Source: Octopus vulgaris
Taxonomy: Eukaryota
Direction: 5' to 3'
DNA: 64,000 nucleotides
Assembly: GCA_951406725.2 (NCBI GenBank)
Contig: OX597835.1
Span: 9,734,001 to 9,798,000, forward strand
Shown piece after piece: positions 13,808 through 27,293 of the stretch. Every line of letters starts with the position of its first letter. Within the stretch, counting starts at the first letter, position 1. Below the pieces are notes generated by a model. That model ran no database searches, had not been told where the DNA came from, and was given only the letters and a program-made list of their open reading frames with translations. Position numbers and translations under genes: made by a program.

Positions 13808-13885
<78 letters not shown>

Positions 13886-13916
13886 TTATATTTATATTTA
13901 TATTTATATATATATT

Positions 13917-13959
<43 letters not shown>

Positions 13960-14063
13960 ATTTGTATGTATGTATGTATATATACAAACCTGCGTAATGT
14001 AAAACTTTTTACTTCCATTAGAAAACTTACTTTGTGTGTCTATACGTATTTGTGAATGGTTTA

Positions 14064-14120
<57 letters not shown>

Positions 14121-14210
14121 TTGCATGTATATATAATGTATATGTATATATAGATATATACATATATATGTATGTAGTTAAGTTGGTATATATGTATATG
14201 TGTTTGTATA

Positions 14211-14256
<46 letters not shown>

Positions 14257-14276
14257 AACATATATACACACATATA

Positions 14277-14320
<44 letters not shown>
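13750..14320. repeat. (TA)n-dominated compound microsatellite
   Basis: Directly visible. Confidence 0.97.
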
Positions 14321-14599
14321 ATGTAATTATAGCTCATTCAAAACCTCTCTTTTGTGTAGCAACCTTCATGTGACTGTTTACTCTGTACTTGCAACTATGT
14401 AATGATGTACTTATCTACACACTTCCTCTCTCTCTCTCCCCCTCTTTTTCTCTCTCTCATTTTCGCTCTAGTCTTCTCGCTTTCTTTATCTTTCACTTTC
14501 TCTCTTTCTCTCTCTCTCTCGCTCTCGCTCCCTCTCTGCATGCGCCTGTGTCTCAATGTGTGGCTTTGTATGCGGACGTATGCAAGAATTACGACGATA

Positions 14600-14830
14600 A
14601 AGAAGAAGAAGAAGAAGAAGAAGAAGAAGGGGGAGGAGGAGGAGGAGGAGGAGGAGGAGGAGGAGGAGAAGAAGAAGAAGAACAACAACAACAAGAAAGA
14701 GAAGAAGAAGAAGAAGAAGAGGAGGAGGAGGAGGAGGAGGAGGAGAACAAGAACAAGAACAACAACAACAACAACAAGAAAAAGAAGAAGAAAAAGAAGA
14801 AGAAGAAGAAGAAGAAGAAGAAGAAGAAGA
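14600..14830. repeat. (GAA)/(GGA)/(CAA) compound microsatellite
   Basis: Directly visible; explains the ORFs at 14389-15060. Confidence 0.97.
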
Positions 14831-15038
14831 TGCTAAAAGAAAGAGAACCGAGTGAGCGTCAGCGTCAGCAGCAGCAGCAGCAGCCAACAGATTGTTCAAT
14901 GATAGAATGGTTCCATATGGCTGTACAACGACACCAAAAGACATGGTTCGTTCAGAAAATGGTAAAAAAGTCAAACAACGCCGCACATTGGCAAGTGATC
15001 AAACCTTTTAGCTACGTAAGCCACTGGCTTTCACTTAC

Positions 15039-15420
15039 CTGCTGCAGAATGCGCTTGTAATGAAGCTAAGTAAAGCAACTACAACAACTACAACAATGAG
15101 AAGATCAATATGTTTTGGAATGGCAAAGACAGAAGTGAAATCAGGTTTTTTTGCTATTTCAATTTTTGGTGTGTATTTTATTTATTTATTTATATTCGAA
15201 ATCTATATTTCTTTTTTTTATTTTTTTTTCAGGAGGTGCCATTTCAAACAAAAAAAAAAAAACTGCCAGCAGCCAGCTTTATTATCCACTCAACGATTAT
15301 TTCCTTTCCAAATTTACTTATATTCTTCAATGTTTGGGATTTCTCCCAATTGCAATACTATTACACTATAGTCACTAGTTATATTACCACAGACGCACTG
15401 ATATATCAAGTTACGACTGA
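15039..15420 (-). promoter_or_regulatory. Candidate non-coding first exon/TSS on the minus strand
   Basis: Consensus donor CAG|GTAAGT (GT at 15038-15037), Inr-like TCAGTC at 15420-15415 and a GA-rich tract upstream; TE-free sequence. Motifs only. Confidence 0.2.
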
Positions 15421-15746
15421 TGCGGTTCACAAAGAAAATACGAGTGTTCGAGCCTGACCTGAATTTTTCTTTCAATTCCCAACTGGAAGAATTTCACTCA
15501 ACATCCGTCACTAATTCTTTCCAAACAGAACGAACACCAGTCTCATATTTCAGGTACTCCTTTCTTTCTCTCTCTCACTCTCTCCCCACTCTCTCCCCTT
15601 CATTCTCTCACCGTCTCGCTCTCTTTCCCTCTCCCTCTCTCAAACGCACACCTGTATATACATTTTTCTTCCTGTCTCTCTTATAGTTATATTGATCTGG
15701 CCAGGTGTATAAGTATATATGTACTTTTACATGTGTGAGTATATAT

Positions 15747-15817
<71 letters not shown>

Positions 15818-15844
15818 TATAAGTAAAACTACATATATGCGTAT

Positions 15845-16058
15845 TCTATTATTCTTTTATTCTTTTGTTTCAGTCATTTTACTGCGGCCATGCTGGAGCA
15901 CCGCCTTTAGTCGAACAAATCAACCCCAGGAATTCTTCATTGTAAGCGTAGTACTTATTCTATCGGGCCCTTTTGCCGAACCGCTCGCTAAGTTACGGGG
16001 ATGTAAAATCACCAACAACAGTTGTTAAGTGATGATGGGTGAGGCTGGACAAACATAG

Positions 16059-16134
<76 letters not shown>

Positions 16135-16305
16135 GTATATATATACGACGGGCTTCTTTCAGTTTCTGTCTACGAAATGTAGTCACAAGGCTTTGGTCGG
16201 CCCGAAGCTATAGTAGAAGACTCTTGCCCAATGTGCCACGCATTGGTACTGAACCCGGAACGATGCTGGTGGTAAGCAAGCTACTTACCTCGCTGCCACT
16301 CCTAT
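15845..16305 (-). mobile_element. SINE family A, diverged full-length copy
   Basis: Collinear with 3601-4031; expanded internal CA/TA tract. Confidence 0.85.
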
Positions 16306-16456
16306 ACGTGTGCATTTGCTTGCGCACGTGTGTTGTGTGTTGGGGGGTGTCTAAGCATATATATTATTGTGAGTGTGAGTCTGTTTAATTTGACTTATAT
16401 GTGTATATGTGTCTGCAGACAAGTTTATACAGTGAAAGTGCCTCACTTAGTATTCA

Positions 16457-16683
16457 TCGCGTTGTAACCTTGAGCAAGACAATTTATTTCATGTTCCTGT
16501 AGGCCATTCAGTTGGCAAAAATGAGTTGTCATATTCTGTGTCACGCTGAATCTCCCTAGGATCTGCGTTTAGAGGTAGGCGTGTCTGTAGAGTGCTCAGC
16601 CACATATAAGTTAATTTCACGAGCAGGTCATTTCGTAGGTCGAATCAACTGGATCGATCGTCGTCGTACCAGACGGAATGCCC
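16457..16683 (+). mobile_element. CORE-type SINE fragment with tail type 1
   Basis: CORE-like GTTGTAACCTTGAGCAAGACA...AAAAATGAGT joined to the tail seen at 8540-8697. Confidence 0.75.
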
Positions 16684-17152
16684 AGCCAGCCATGTAGTTA
16701 TATTTATTGCCAGTAGGCCCAGCTGTGATATAAACACCGCATGGATGGCAGAGTATAATTAAGAAAGTTTAAGGAAAAACATTGAATCTAAGAATATCAA
16801 ATCCCTGACTACCATCGTATGATTTTTTCCACATGACAAAAACAGAGTGATTACCTCACTTTAACTGACAGGTGAGAATTCAGTCCCTGGGATATGAGAA
16901 TCTCGATAGTTTCAACGCAAAGAACAAGTGGCATCATCATAAATATCAACATTAATAATTCTGGGATATCTCAGGTGTGGAGAAGCGACACGACAACAAT
17001 TTACTCGAGGGATTTGAACAAAGGGCTCGGGTCAAAATTTTGAAAATGCCACGATTCCCTAGAGAAAGCTGGAGAGTTTAATGACCGACTATAACAACCT
17101 AATATACTGAATATATCGATGAACAATAATTGCGCAACACACAAATTTAGAC

Positions 17153-17217
<65 letters not shown>

Positions 17218-17544
17218 ATTTGTATGTTTGTGGTTGTTGCTATATATTTATCTTTATTCTCCTAAAACCCAATAGTGTATGTCTGAAATACTTGGATACT
17301 TTCATCTAAAAGTTATTCGAATTCCTTTCAGACTATAATTGCTGGCAGCAATTTAATCGCTTATTGCAAATATTTAATGGTAATGATATATCAAAGAGTA
17401 ATATAATTAACCTTTTGATGCCAGACGCAATTGTTTTTCTATGTTTCGTTATTGAGGTATTTCAATTTAGTCTAAAGGAAATAGTAAAGTTCATAGATTT
17501 TACAACACGGAGATGAGAAACGTTTTACAATATTATCATTTGAG

Positions 17545-17628
17545 GAATTACAACCGTGTTTCGAGGTCTGCTACCACAACAGCTCCTTTATAGGATCTAG
17601 TTAGCTCAAGACATCATCAGGAGGAACC
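17545..17628 (-). ncRNA. Atypical hammerhead-like motif
   Basis: Minus strand: CTGATGA, an extended hairpin (GTCT/AGAC, GCTA/TAGC, TCCT/AGGA), then GAAAC-ACGGTT-GTA. No canonical stem I pairing. Confidence 0.4.
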
Positions 17629-18119
17629 ACGTCCGGTTTCGGTCCCTACTCCTCCACCGTTTTGACGTGGCGCCGCCCCCCCCCCCCCCCACCTTTCGGA
17701 GGTGACTTCAGCTCTGGTGTTGGGTGCATGTCTTCTGTCATCTTTCTTCTGTTCCCTGACCTCTTCGATGTAGTGTCAGCGAGTGTCAGCCGGTGACTGA
17801 CCTGACTGACTTGTCAAATTTTTCTCTTTAAATACCTGCCGCTAGGCTCCAGAAAGCAGCCCCAGCAAGTTGTCACGTTACACTGTATATATATATATGA
17901 AAGCCTGTAAGAATTACTTAATACAGTTTTGGAATTGTAAAGGAGATTGATTTTCTAAAATACATTTTTTTTTAAACTGTTTGATATCTTTTGTGATACT
18001 AACCTATTTGGGGAAGAAGAGTTTTTATAGTGCGTGATCGCTTTCGTTTTATATATGTATGTATATATAATTTGTTTAACACATTTTTATTCATCAATAT
18101 TATAATTTAGACACCAAAT

Positions 18120-18541
18120 GATACCTATTTCTTTATTACCCACAAGGGGCTAAACATAGAGGGGACAAACAAGAACATACATAGGTATTAAGTCGATTAC
18201 ATTGACCCCAGTGCGTAACTGGTACTTAATTTATCGACCCCGAAAGGATGAAAGGCAAAGTCGACCTCGGCGGAATTTGAACTCAGAACGTAGCGGCATA
18301 CGAAATACCTATTTCTTTATTACCCACAAGGGGTTAAACACAGAGGGGACAAACAAGGACAGACATAGGCATTACGTCGATTACATCGACCCCAGTGCGT
18401 AACTGGTACTTAATTTATCGACCCCGAAAGGATGAAAGGCAAAGTCGACCTCGGTGGAATTTGAACTCAGAACGTAGCGGCAGACGAAATACCGCTAAGC
18501 ATTTCGTCCGGCGCGCTAACGTTTCTGCCAGCTCGCCGCCT
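18120..18541 (-). mobile_element. SINE family B head-to-tail dimer (one full copy plus one 5'-truncated copy)
   Basis: Two collinear copies joined at AAATACC; one TSD GACACCAAAT (18110-18119 / 18542-18551) encloses both. Confidence 0.9.
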
Positions 18542-19138
18542 GACACCAAATAATACCATGTAAATCTTGGATTCGTTTGTGTGCGACCAGGGGCATGAAT
18601 GCGCACGTATATACGCACTTACGTTTGAGAGACGCGAGTTGAAAACGCAGCAAGAAACAGCACCTCGGCCCTTGCGTCACTCACTAGATACTCCTAACCC
18701 TTCAAACTCCTATATTCTGTGCAAATATGGATTGACTTCACCATATAACTCTATGGTCATATGACTCTTTCCGGGAAAATCTATTGTCCAGTCAAACTTT
18801 TCTCGATATTCTTCATACATTCAAATATACTATACTATCGATTGTCTTTCTCGTATTCTCCATGTTTAATATTGATAGACTTTATCATATAAATGTGACC
18901 TCTTCACCAAGAACTATTTTCTAGATAATAAACTCGGTCCACAGAACCTTTTCAGAAATTTTTCCATATTCTACTTTATTCTTTGCGTCGTTATAAAGCA
19001 GTTGCTACTCATACGCTAACAAATACTTCCCATCTACATTACAATTAGCACGAATGCAAAACGCAAGATGCTAAAAATATTTTTCAGCACACAATAAAAG
19101 CCCAGAACCAAATTCTATTGGTTCTCTCAGATTCTAAA

Positions 19139-19189
<51 letters not shown>

Positions 19190-19190
<1 letters not shown>

Positions 19191-19425
19191 TTTATTTAAA
19201 GCAGCAGAAAATTCAACAAAATCTGTTACTCTGAGTTTCTCGTTGCCGTTCATCAGACAGTTTTTGCTAGAATGCTAGCAAAAACTGTCTAATGAACGGC
19301 AACGAGAAACTCAGAGTAACAGATTTTGTTGAATTTTCTGCTGCTTTAAATAAAGCATATTACACTACCACTGGTATTTGAGTACTCTTTTTTCCACCTT
19401 GTTTCACATTTATGTGTTTACTCCA

Positions 19426-19426
<1 letters not shown>
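19190..19426. mobile_element. Penelope-like terminal-repeat remnant with an 81-bp inverted arm and hammerhead motifs
   Basis: Arms 19190-19270 and 19275-19355, one mismatch, 4-nt spacer; each arm has a hammerhead core followed by AATAAA; inserted in (TA)n. Confidence 0.8.
19223..19260 (-). ncRNA. Minimal type I hammerhead ribozyme
   Basis: CTGT-CTGATGA-ACGGCAACGA-GAAAC-TCAGA-GTA-ACAG. The mirror copy on + (19285-19322) has the mutated core CTAATGA. Confidence 0.72.
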
Positions 19427-19481
<55 letters not shown>

Positions 19482-19924
19482 GCAAGAAATAGGACTGCGA
19501 AAAAGAAGTACGTAAAGGTAATTGAGAGAGAGAGATAAAGAACCATTAATCAAAGAACAAACATCAAATTCGAGTCAATAACTTTATATATAACACCATA
19601 CGTCCACACATATGATCATATATAAATATTGCCATGGTTCTTCAACATATAAAAAATAAACATATAAAAAACACAGAAGGTAAATATGTATATATGAATA
19701 AAAATACAAATATATAAAAGTGGCTTATCAAAAGGTAAATACAATCGACTAAAAAGTGTATCAAGCTACTAAAAATTTAAATAAACTAAAATAAAATAAA
19801 ATATCAATCGAATATTTTTTTTTTACTCCCTGCACATAAAAGAGCACGTCCCAAAAGTTCAGTTCGTAAAACCATGGTAGGTTAGAGTCTAGAAACAAAA
19901 AGAGTTCCACAAAATCAAGTCAAA

Positions 19925-20005
19925 CACACCTATGCTCATTTCGGGAGTTCATTGCCGCAGTTCGCTTACAGTTAAACTGCATCTTGGCAACGACCCCCTC
20001 ATCAG
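19925..20005 (-). ncRNA. Hammerhead ribozyme motif with long stem II; 5' strand of stem I lost at a LINE junction
   Basis: CTGATGA-GGGGGTCGTTGCC...GGCAATGAACTCCC-GAAA-TGAGCA-TA-GGTGTG: a 13-bp stem plus an inner 7-bp stem (GCAGTTT/GAACTGC). Confidence 0.7.
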
Positions 20006-20825
20006 TGTATCGTAAGCACTTAAAAGTTAATGGAAGGTTTTCATCAACAATGTCTCAGAAGGATTTTTGAGGATCAGGTGGAAAATGTTTGTGAGTTATA
20101 ATGAGGTGCTTGAAAGAAGGAAATGCTTCGATATTGAAGCTTTGCTATTGCAGCACAGATTGAGATGGAATAGACACTTAGTCAGAATGATAGACAACAG
20201 AATACCTAAGCAATTTTTTTACGGAGAATTGGTGACAGGTAAGCGTCCGTTTCACAAGCCAAAGATGAGGTGCACAGATTGTCTGAAGCCGGGACTGAAT
20301 AAGATAAATGTTCCAATTGACAGCTGGGAAGATTTAGCGCATTGCCGAGAAAAATGGGAAAATGCTGTGTATGAAGGCAAACATGAATTTGAAAGGAAGA
20401 GAATGGAGCATGCAAAGATCAAAAGGAAGATGAGGAAAAGTGACAGGAATGATGTTATGACAAGCATCAATGAACGTAATGATCTTAGATGTGATGAATG
20501 TGGAAAGATTTGTCTTAGTGAGGCTGGGCTAAAGAGCCAGATGAAATCACACATTACACAATCGCACATTAATTATACATGGTCAGGTGATTTCGAATGC
20601 ATACTCTGTCATAGAGTATGCAGATCAAAAAGTGGCTTGAAAAGGTATAATGAAGTTCATGGAGCTGTAAACTATACAATCATCATGTTTTCTTGCACTA
20701 ATTGTCGAAAAGCATGCAAGTCTTTGGCAGGCCTCAAAAGCCATTTTCGTGCAGCTATTCGATGATATTCTAGGGCATAAAGAAATTAGGCAATGGCTCT
20801 ACTCGAAATCAAGTTGGCAACCATT
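20005..20825 (+). mobile_element. 5'-truncated RTE-clade LINE (ORF C-terminus with three C2H2-like fingers, 3' UTR, TA tail)
   Basis: FHQQCLRRI/LRIRW...RLRWNRHLVRMIDNRIPKQFFYGELVTGKR is the RTE signature. The ORF at 20067-20765 has CDEC, CILC and CTNC fingers. Frameshifts near 20020-20067. Confidence 0.9.
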
Positions 20826-20854
20826 ATATATATATATATATTTATTTTTTTTTT

Positions 20855-21209
<355 letters not shown>

Positions 21210-21295
21210 CAAAATTATTAAAAAAGATAATTAATATAACACAATTATTAAGTTTTTCATTGTATGATTTACCTAATAGTGGTTTTATCTCTAAT

Positions 21296-21350
<55 letters not shown>

Positions 21351-21372
21351 TGTATATATTGGACTTACCTCT

Positions 21373-21407
21373 GTTTCTGAAGAAGAGTATTGCTCGAAAC
21401 GTTAAGC
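21373..21407 (+). ncRNA. Minimal hammerhead ribozyme (same family as 59297-59331)
   Basis: GTTT-CTGAAGA-A-GAGTATTGCTC-GAAAC-GTT-AAGC; the downstream CTTTCCTT..CCTGAGCGTC is shared with the 59.3-kb copy. Confidence 0.72.
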
Positions 21408-21449
21408 CATCTTTCTTTCCTTCCCTGAGCGTCTGCTAATACTTTCTTG

Positions 21450-22150
21450 CTTTTAAATGTGCGAATAGCTGCTGGTTATGACATGCCTTTAATGTATACA
21501 TCAGGGCAATCCTTTGTGCCGATAGCACTGTAAATAGTCTTTGCCACTATATCATGCCTCACGGACAGGTAGAATCTCGTAGATATTCTGGGGCAGCTGA
21601 TAAGGATGTGGGTGATACCTTCCACTCTAGTATAGCAGAGCCGACATTTTTATCACAATGTAGAGTTTTGGTTGTATTTTTGGCCCTCTTATTTATCAAC
21701 TATTTAGTAGCTATCTCCTGTTCCTGGACATCGATGGCATATCCTTCTAGGTAAGATATAATGTGCTTATCGCAGGTCCAAGAGAGGATACTCTTCCTTT
21801 CAATGCAGTTAATGCCTTCTAGCTTACGGAGTATTTGCCAAAGCATTCCTTTTTGCTCGCATGGTACCTGCTTCTCTTCGAAACTTCTGTTTATGTAGGC
21901 CAGTCCAACCTCATTTGGGTCGCATGAGACAGTTGTATTCTCAGATTACCTGCACAGCAGTTCTCCAACTCTAAGGATGTTGTTGCCCTCACCTTTGAGT
22001 ATGCATGGAATGAATTTATTTCAATCTTTACTGCTTAGCAGGTGCTGTCTTAGTGATACAATGCGACATTCAAAGGCTGTTTGAACTGACCTTATGCGTC
22101 CACCTCTAACACTTCGTCTCACATAAATCCTATCGGTGTTGCTGTTAAAC
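21450..22150 (-). mobile_element. R4/Dong-like (RLE-type) non-LTR retrotransposon fragment
   Basis: Minus strand reads TDRIYVRRSVRGGRIRSVQ...EGYAIDVQEQEIATK*...KCRLCYTRVEGITHILISCPRISTRFYLSVRHDIVAK, i.e. a CCHC knuckle plus RHD motif, with stops. Confidence 0.85.
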
Positions 22151-22174
22151 ACTATCGGTGTTTAAGTATGTATG

Positions 22175-22205
<31 letters not shown>

Positions 22206-22564
22206 GGATGTATGTATGTATCTACGTATGTATGTATGTATGTATGTATATATGTATGTATGTATGTATGTATGCATGTATGTGTGTATGTATGTATCTA
22301 TAACCTAGGGAATTAATCAAAAGAAGAGAGGTGAAAGACCTTATCTTCGTCTCAATAACACATTTTGCGTCGCACCAAGTTAAATATAACAACACAGCCT
22401 TGATATTAAAGATGATAATTATACTAATGTCTTCCCGATCGATTACAACATCGACACCGCTTTCGTTTGGCTTTTATTTGTTTGTTTTTTGTTTTTTTTT
22501 GTTTTTTTACCTAACGACGTCTGTTATTGTCTCTCACCCCGATTGTCCTGTCATTTCTGTTCTC

Positions 22565-22686
<122 letters not shown>

Positions 22687-22893
22687 ATCTACCCCACCCT
22701 ATAACGTTTAACTTTATTATCTCCTCCATCAAATTGCAATAAGGTGTGATCACACAACTTCTGAATATAGCCTTGGACTTCGCCTTTTCACTTCTTACCT
22801 TGTATCCTCACCATTATGGACTCACTGACTCTCTGATGAAGTTTTGGAGTTCAAGTTTTGTATGATGTGTCACCTTTATCATACACGTCCCCC

Positions 22894-23007
<114 letters not shown>

Positions 23008-23964
23008 GCAGATGTACGTAATACGTAACAGAGTTAGTAATATTTTTAACTAGTATTGAAAACTGTCTTTCAATCCATGTCTATAATAAAAAACCCATAA
23101 CAAGTATTGAGATATAACCATTTTTAAATCGTATGATTTGTTTCATATCTTTACATTTTTTTTTGTTGTATTTAAACTTTGAGTAGGTCACCAACTGAAA
23201 ATGGAAATCATGTTTGTACTCAGAAAATATATAACTTAAGCTTGATGCTGGAGATTTTCGCGATTCATTTCAAGACATTTCAAAGTGAAATTTTCATTTA
23301 TAGCTAAAATATATTTTCGTCATAGAAAAGTATTTCAGATTAATCTTAGATTATATACAAAAATAACGTATGAGAAGAGATTTGTATCTTCTTATAATGC
23401 ACTGAAAGTTATTAAGACGATAAGACATCATACCGCTAAGTATCTATTCGAAGCTACAATCGCTCTCCGAGCTATGTTAAACAAAATGTTTAAGAAAATG
23501 CAATAAAACGTGATAGCCTTGTTGCAATAGCACATTATTGTATAGTAAATATAGACAAAGGTAAGATTATGCAGATACTCCTGATAGTTGCCGCTGCTGT
23601 TGCTGCTGATGGTGATGATGATAATGATGATGAGGAGGAAGAGAATGACCGTGGTAGTGGTAGGATGAAAGATAAGCTTGAGAAATATTATAATTGTGAG
23701 GTTGAATGGACAGAATGGTTCTATGAAATATCTTTATCGATAACAGTAATTCCATATTTAGTAGAGATCTACAATAAACTTTCCTAGCTTCACCTTACAG
23801 AGTTTCTTAACGTGTCATTATAGTCTGCCAGGTTTTCGAGCAGATTCAAGTCTTTTAACATTGAAAATATTTCAATAACACAACACCTATCGATTTCTGA
23901 ACTCAACAGACGTTCACAAACGAAAGTATATTTTTCTGCCAGCACAACGGGATTGTATATTGGT

Positions 23965-23971
23965 AGGTAGG

Positions 23972-24061
<90 letters not shown>

Positions 24062-24291
24062 GATAAATAGATAGATGGATCGATAGATAAATAGACAGAT
24101 ATATAAATAAATAGATAGATATATAGATAGATGGATGGATAGATAAATAGATAGATATATAGATAGATAAAGAGAGAGAGATAGACATATATATATATAT
24201 ATACACACACACATATATATATATACATATATATATATACATACATATATATATACATATATATACATATATATATATACATATGTATACA

Positions 24292-24362
<71 letters not shown>

Positions 24363-24372
24363 GTATATATAT
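23965..24372. repeat. (GATA)n plus (TA)n microsatellite
   Basis: Directly visible. Confidence 0.97.
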
Positions 24373-24581
24373 CGTAATATGAAACTTGTACAGTATAATG
24401 GAAGATGTATTTTGCATAATGCAAACATATTCTGATTTAAAGTTCATTGATATGTTTGTCAAGTCTTGAACAGCCCTACCCGGGGCGATTTTCTGACTAT
24501 ACTATGAACTTTTGAAGTGAGAAGAAGAAAGAGAAGAAGAAGAAGAAGAAGAAGAAGAAGAAGAAGAAGAAGAAGAAGAAG

Positions 24582-24613
<32 letters not shown>

Positions 24614-24633
24614 GAAGGAAAAGAAGAAGAACA

Positions 24634-24673
<40 letters not shown>

Positions 24674-25022
24674 GGGCAAGAACTAGAACAAGAATATATT
24701 TATAGGTATCTATATTACACGCATAGAGACGGGAATAATTGAATAGAATAATACGAAGAGGTAACGAAAAGAAGCAGGATATAAGATGAAGAGGTAGATG
24801 AAAAAAAACCCTGAGAGATAGAGAGAGAAAGAGAAGGAAATGGAAGATTGTCGTCGTATCAAAAAGAAAGAAGTTGCAGTTTGTAGGAAAAAATAGATTC
24901 ATTCCGTTAAAAGAGATATTATTTAAAACAGATTGGTAAGAAGATTGCTTCCCAACCACACAGTTACGGGTTCAGTCCCACTGCGTGGCACCTTGGATAA
25001 GTGTCTTCTTCTATAGCCTATA

Positions 25023-25422
25023 GGCGCAGGAGTGGCTGTGTGGTAAGTAGCTTGTTTACCAACCACATGGTTCCGGGTTCAGTCCCACTGCGTGGCATCT
25101 TGGGCAAGTGTCTTCTGCTATAGCCGACCAATGCCTTGTGAGTGGATTTGGTAGACGGAAACTGAAAGAAGCCTGTCGTATATATGTATATATATATATG
25201 TATATATGTGTATGTGTGTGTGTGTTTGTCCCCCTAGCATTCCTTGACAACCGATGCTGGTGTGTTTACGTCCCCGTCACTTAGCGGTTCGGCAAAAGAG
25301 ACCGATAGAATAAGTACTGGGCTTACAAAGAATAAGTCCCGGGGTCGATTTGCTCGACTAAAGGCGGTGCTCCAGCATGGCCGCAGTCAAATGACTGAAA
25401 CAAGTAAACGAGAGTAAACAGA
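25023..25422 (+). mobile_element. SINE family A, full length, directly after an older family-A head (24930-25020)
   Basis: A- and B-box-like head, internal TA/TG tract, terminal GTAAAC(G)AGAG repeats. Confidence 0.93.
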
Positions 25423-25915
25423 GGCACAGCAAGGAATTTTGCAGAAAAAAACATGAGACAGCACAAACGAACAGTCGTAGAATGGATCAGAGTCTTTGGA
25501 CAGTAGTTTCCTTCGATAATATTCCTTCTGGCAATGTCAAGTAAATTGATTCTAACATGTTATGTCCAGATATGTATGTCCACAACAAAACACGCGACTC
25601 CGTCACATCTCTGTCTTTCTATCTGCTAATATCTATCTCTTTGTGATATCTGGAAATACACCCTGATACAGTAGGGACAAAATATCGCATTTAACGTTAT
25701 AAGCAGATATTAAATACATCAGTTATTGGAAACATTTGTCGCTGGAGAGTCAGTCCTAACTAAATTTAGTGAAACACGATATATATAGCATGAGAAATGG
25801 GATATTAAAACTTCGTGCTTATCTCCTGTAATTGTGGAAACTGTCCTGAACGTTATATCATTAGATTTGATCCTTAGCAAATGATATACAAACAAACATA
25901 ATATATATATGTATG

Positions 25916-25963
<48 letters not shown>

Positions 25964-25964
25964 A

Positions 25965-26006
<42 letters not shown>

Positions 26007-26076
26007 TATGTCTAAATAAAGAAGCGTCAAGGTCGGTCCCACAGCAACTTGGGTCAGCTTAAAACGCGTTAGCAAA

Positions 26077-26149
<73 letters not shown>

Positions 26150-26629
26150 GCAATAATTCTTTTTCCTTCAGAAGGTCAGTAACTTAGGAGAGGAGAAGTT
26201 GGTTACTTCAACCTCAGACCTCAACTGATAGTGGTTTTTCGTCGATTCCGAAAGGTTGAAAGCCTAAATTCATCTCTGGCAGCATTTGAACTCAGAATGT
26301 GAAGTTGAGATGCTGCCGAGGTCGAGTTTGCCTTTCATCCTTTGGAGATCGATAAAATAAGTTACAGGTGAACTATGGGGTTGATGGAATCGATTTCCTG
26401 CACCTCAGACTTGCTGGCATTGTGCCAAAAGTACAAATAATAATAATAATAATAATTTTTTTTTAAATTTATGTATTAGACATTCACTAGTACAACACCA
26501 AAAAAAAAAAACCAAATATATGGCACACTAGGCATAACAACAACGTGAACTTCCAACCTGTTGTCTCTTGAGGTATCTTGGTGAGACTTGGAGCCAACTT
26601 GTACAGACATAAAGCAAAAGTCAAACATA

Positions 26630-26701
<72 letters not shown>

Positions 26702-26712
26702 CTACAACAACC

Positions 26713-26746
<34 letters not shown>

Positions 26747-27293
26747 CGATACATCATTCACGAGATATAGTCGGAGGTTTTGAATTGTAAGGTAACGCAA
26801 CAAAACAACAACAACAACTAGTAATTTATCTCTATTGATGTCTCATCAACAGGAGGTGCTAAACTTGGCATTAAATACAGACGATTTTAATAGTCCTCTA
26901 GCTGCCAAGAACGACAAGTGCATCCTACCCATTGACTGTATCTATTGCTTAGTAGAATTGGTTAGTAACACAAAACATCCGTAGCGAGAGTACACGAATT
27001 ATTAACCTATGAACCAGCTGCCTTCAGCCTTGTCTGTTCGACAGCATATACTTTTTTATTACACATTCAACTTTCAACTGACAGTTTTTATCCGATTTCC
27101 ATCATGAAAATGTTTGTCTCTAACAATAATATATAAATCAATGTAAAATATGCAGTGTTCTTATCGACATGTAATATATGCACCGGCGTCCTACGTTTAG
27201 GTAACAAACCGTGAACTTCAAATTTGTTTTCTTTCTATCTCAGGAATGAAACACTTTAATTCCTTTCAATTTCATTGAGCACTTTTTAATATA

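Noticed and set aside
14389-15060. 223-aa ORF with E/G/K/Q runs
   Set aside because: Built from CT and GAA/GGA microsatellites, non-ATG start, no recognisable domain.
15039-15145. Signal-peptide-like minus-strand reading (IDLLIVVVVVVALLSFITSAFCS) before a splice donor
   Set aside because: No in-frame ATG before the upstream stop; the hydrophobic run comes from a GTT/GTA repeat.
22832-22860. CTGATGA hammerhead half-core
   Set aside because: No stem II or GAAA follows.
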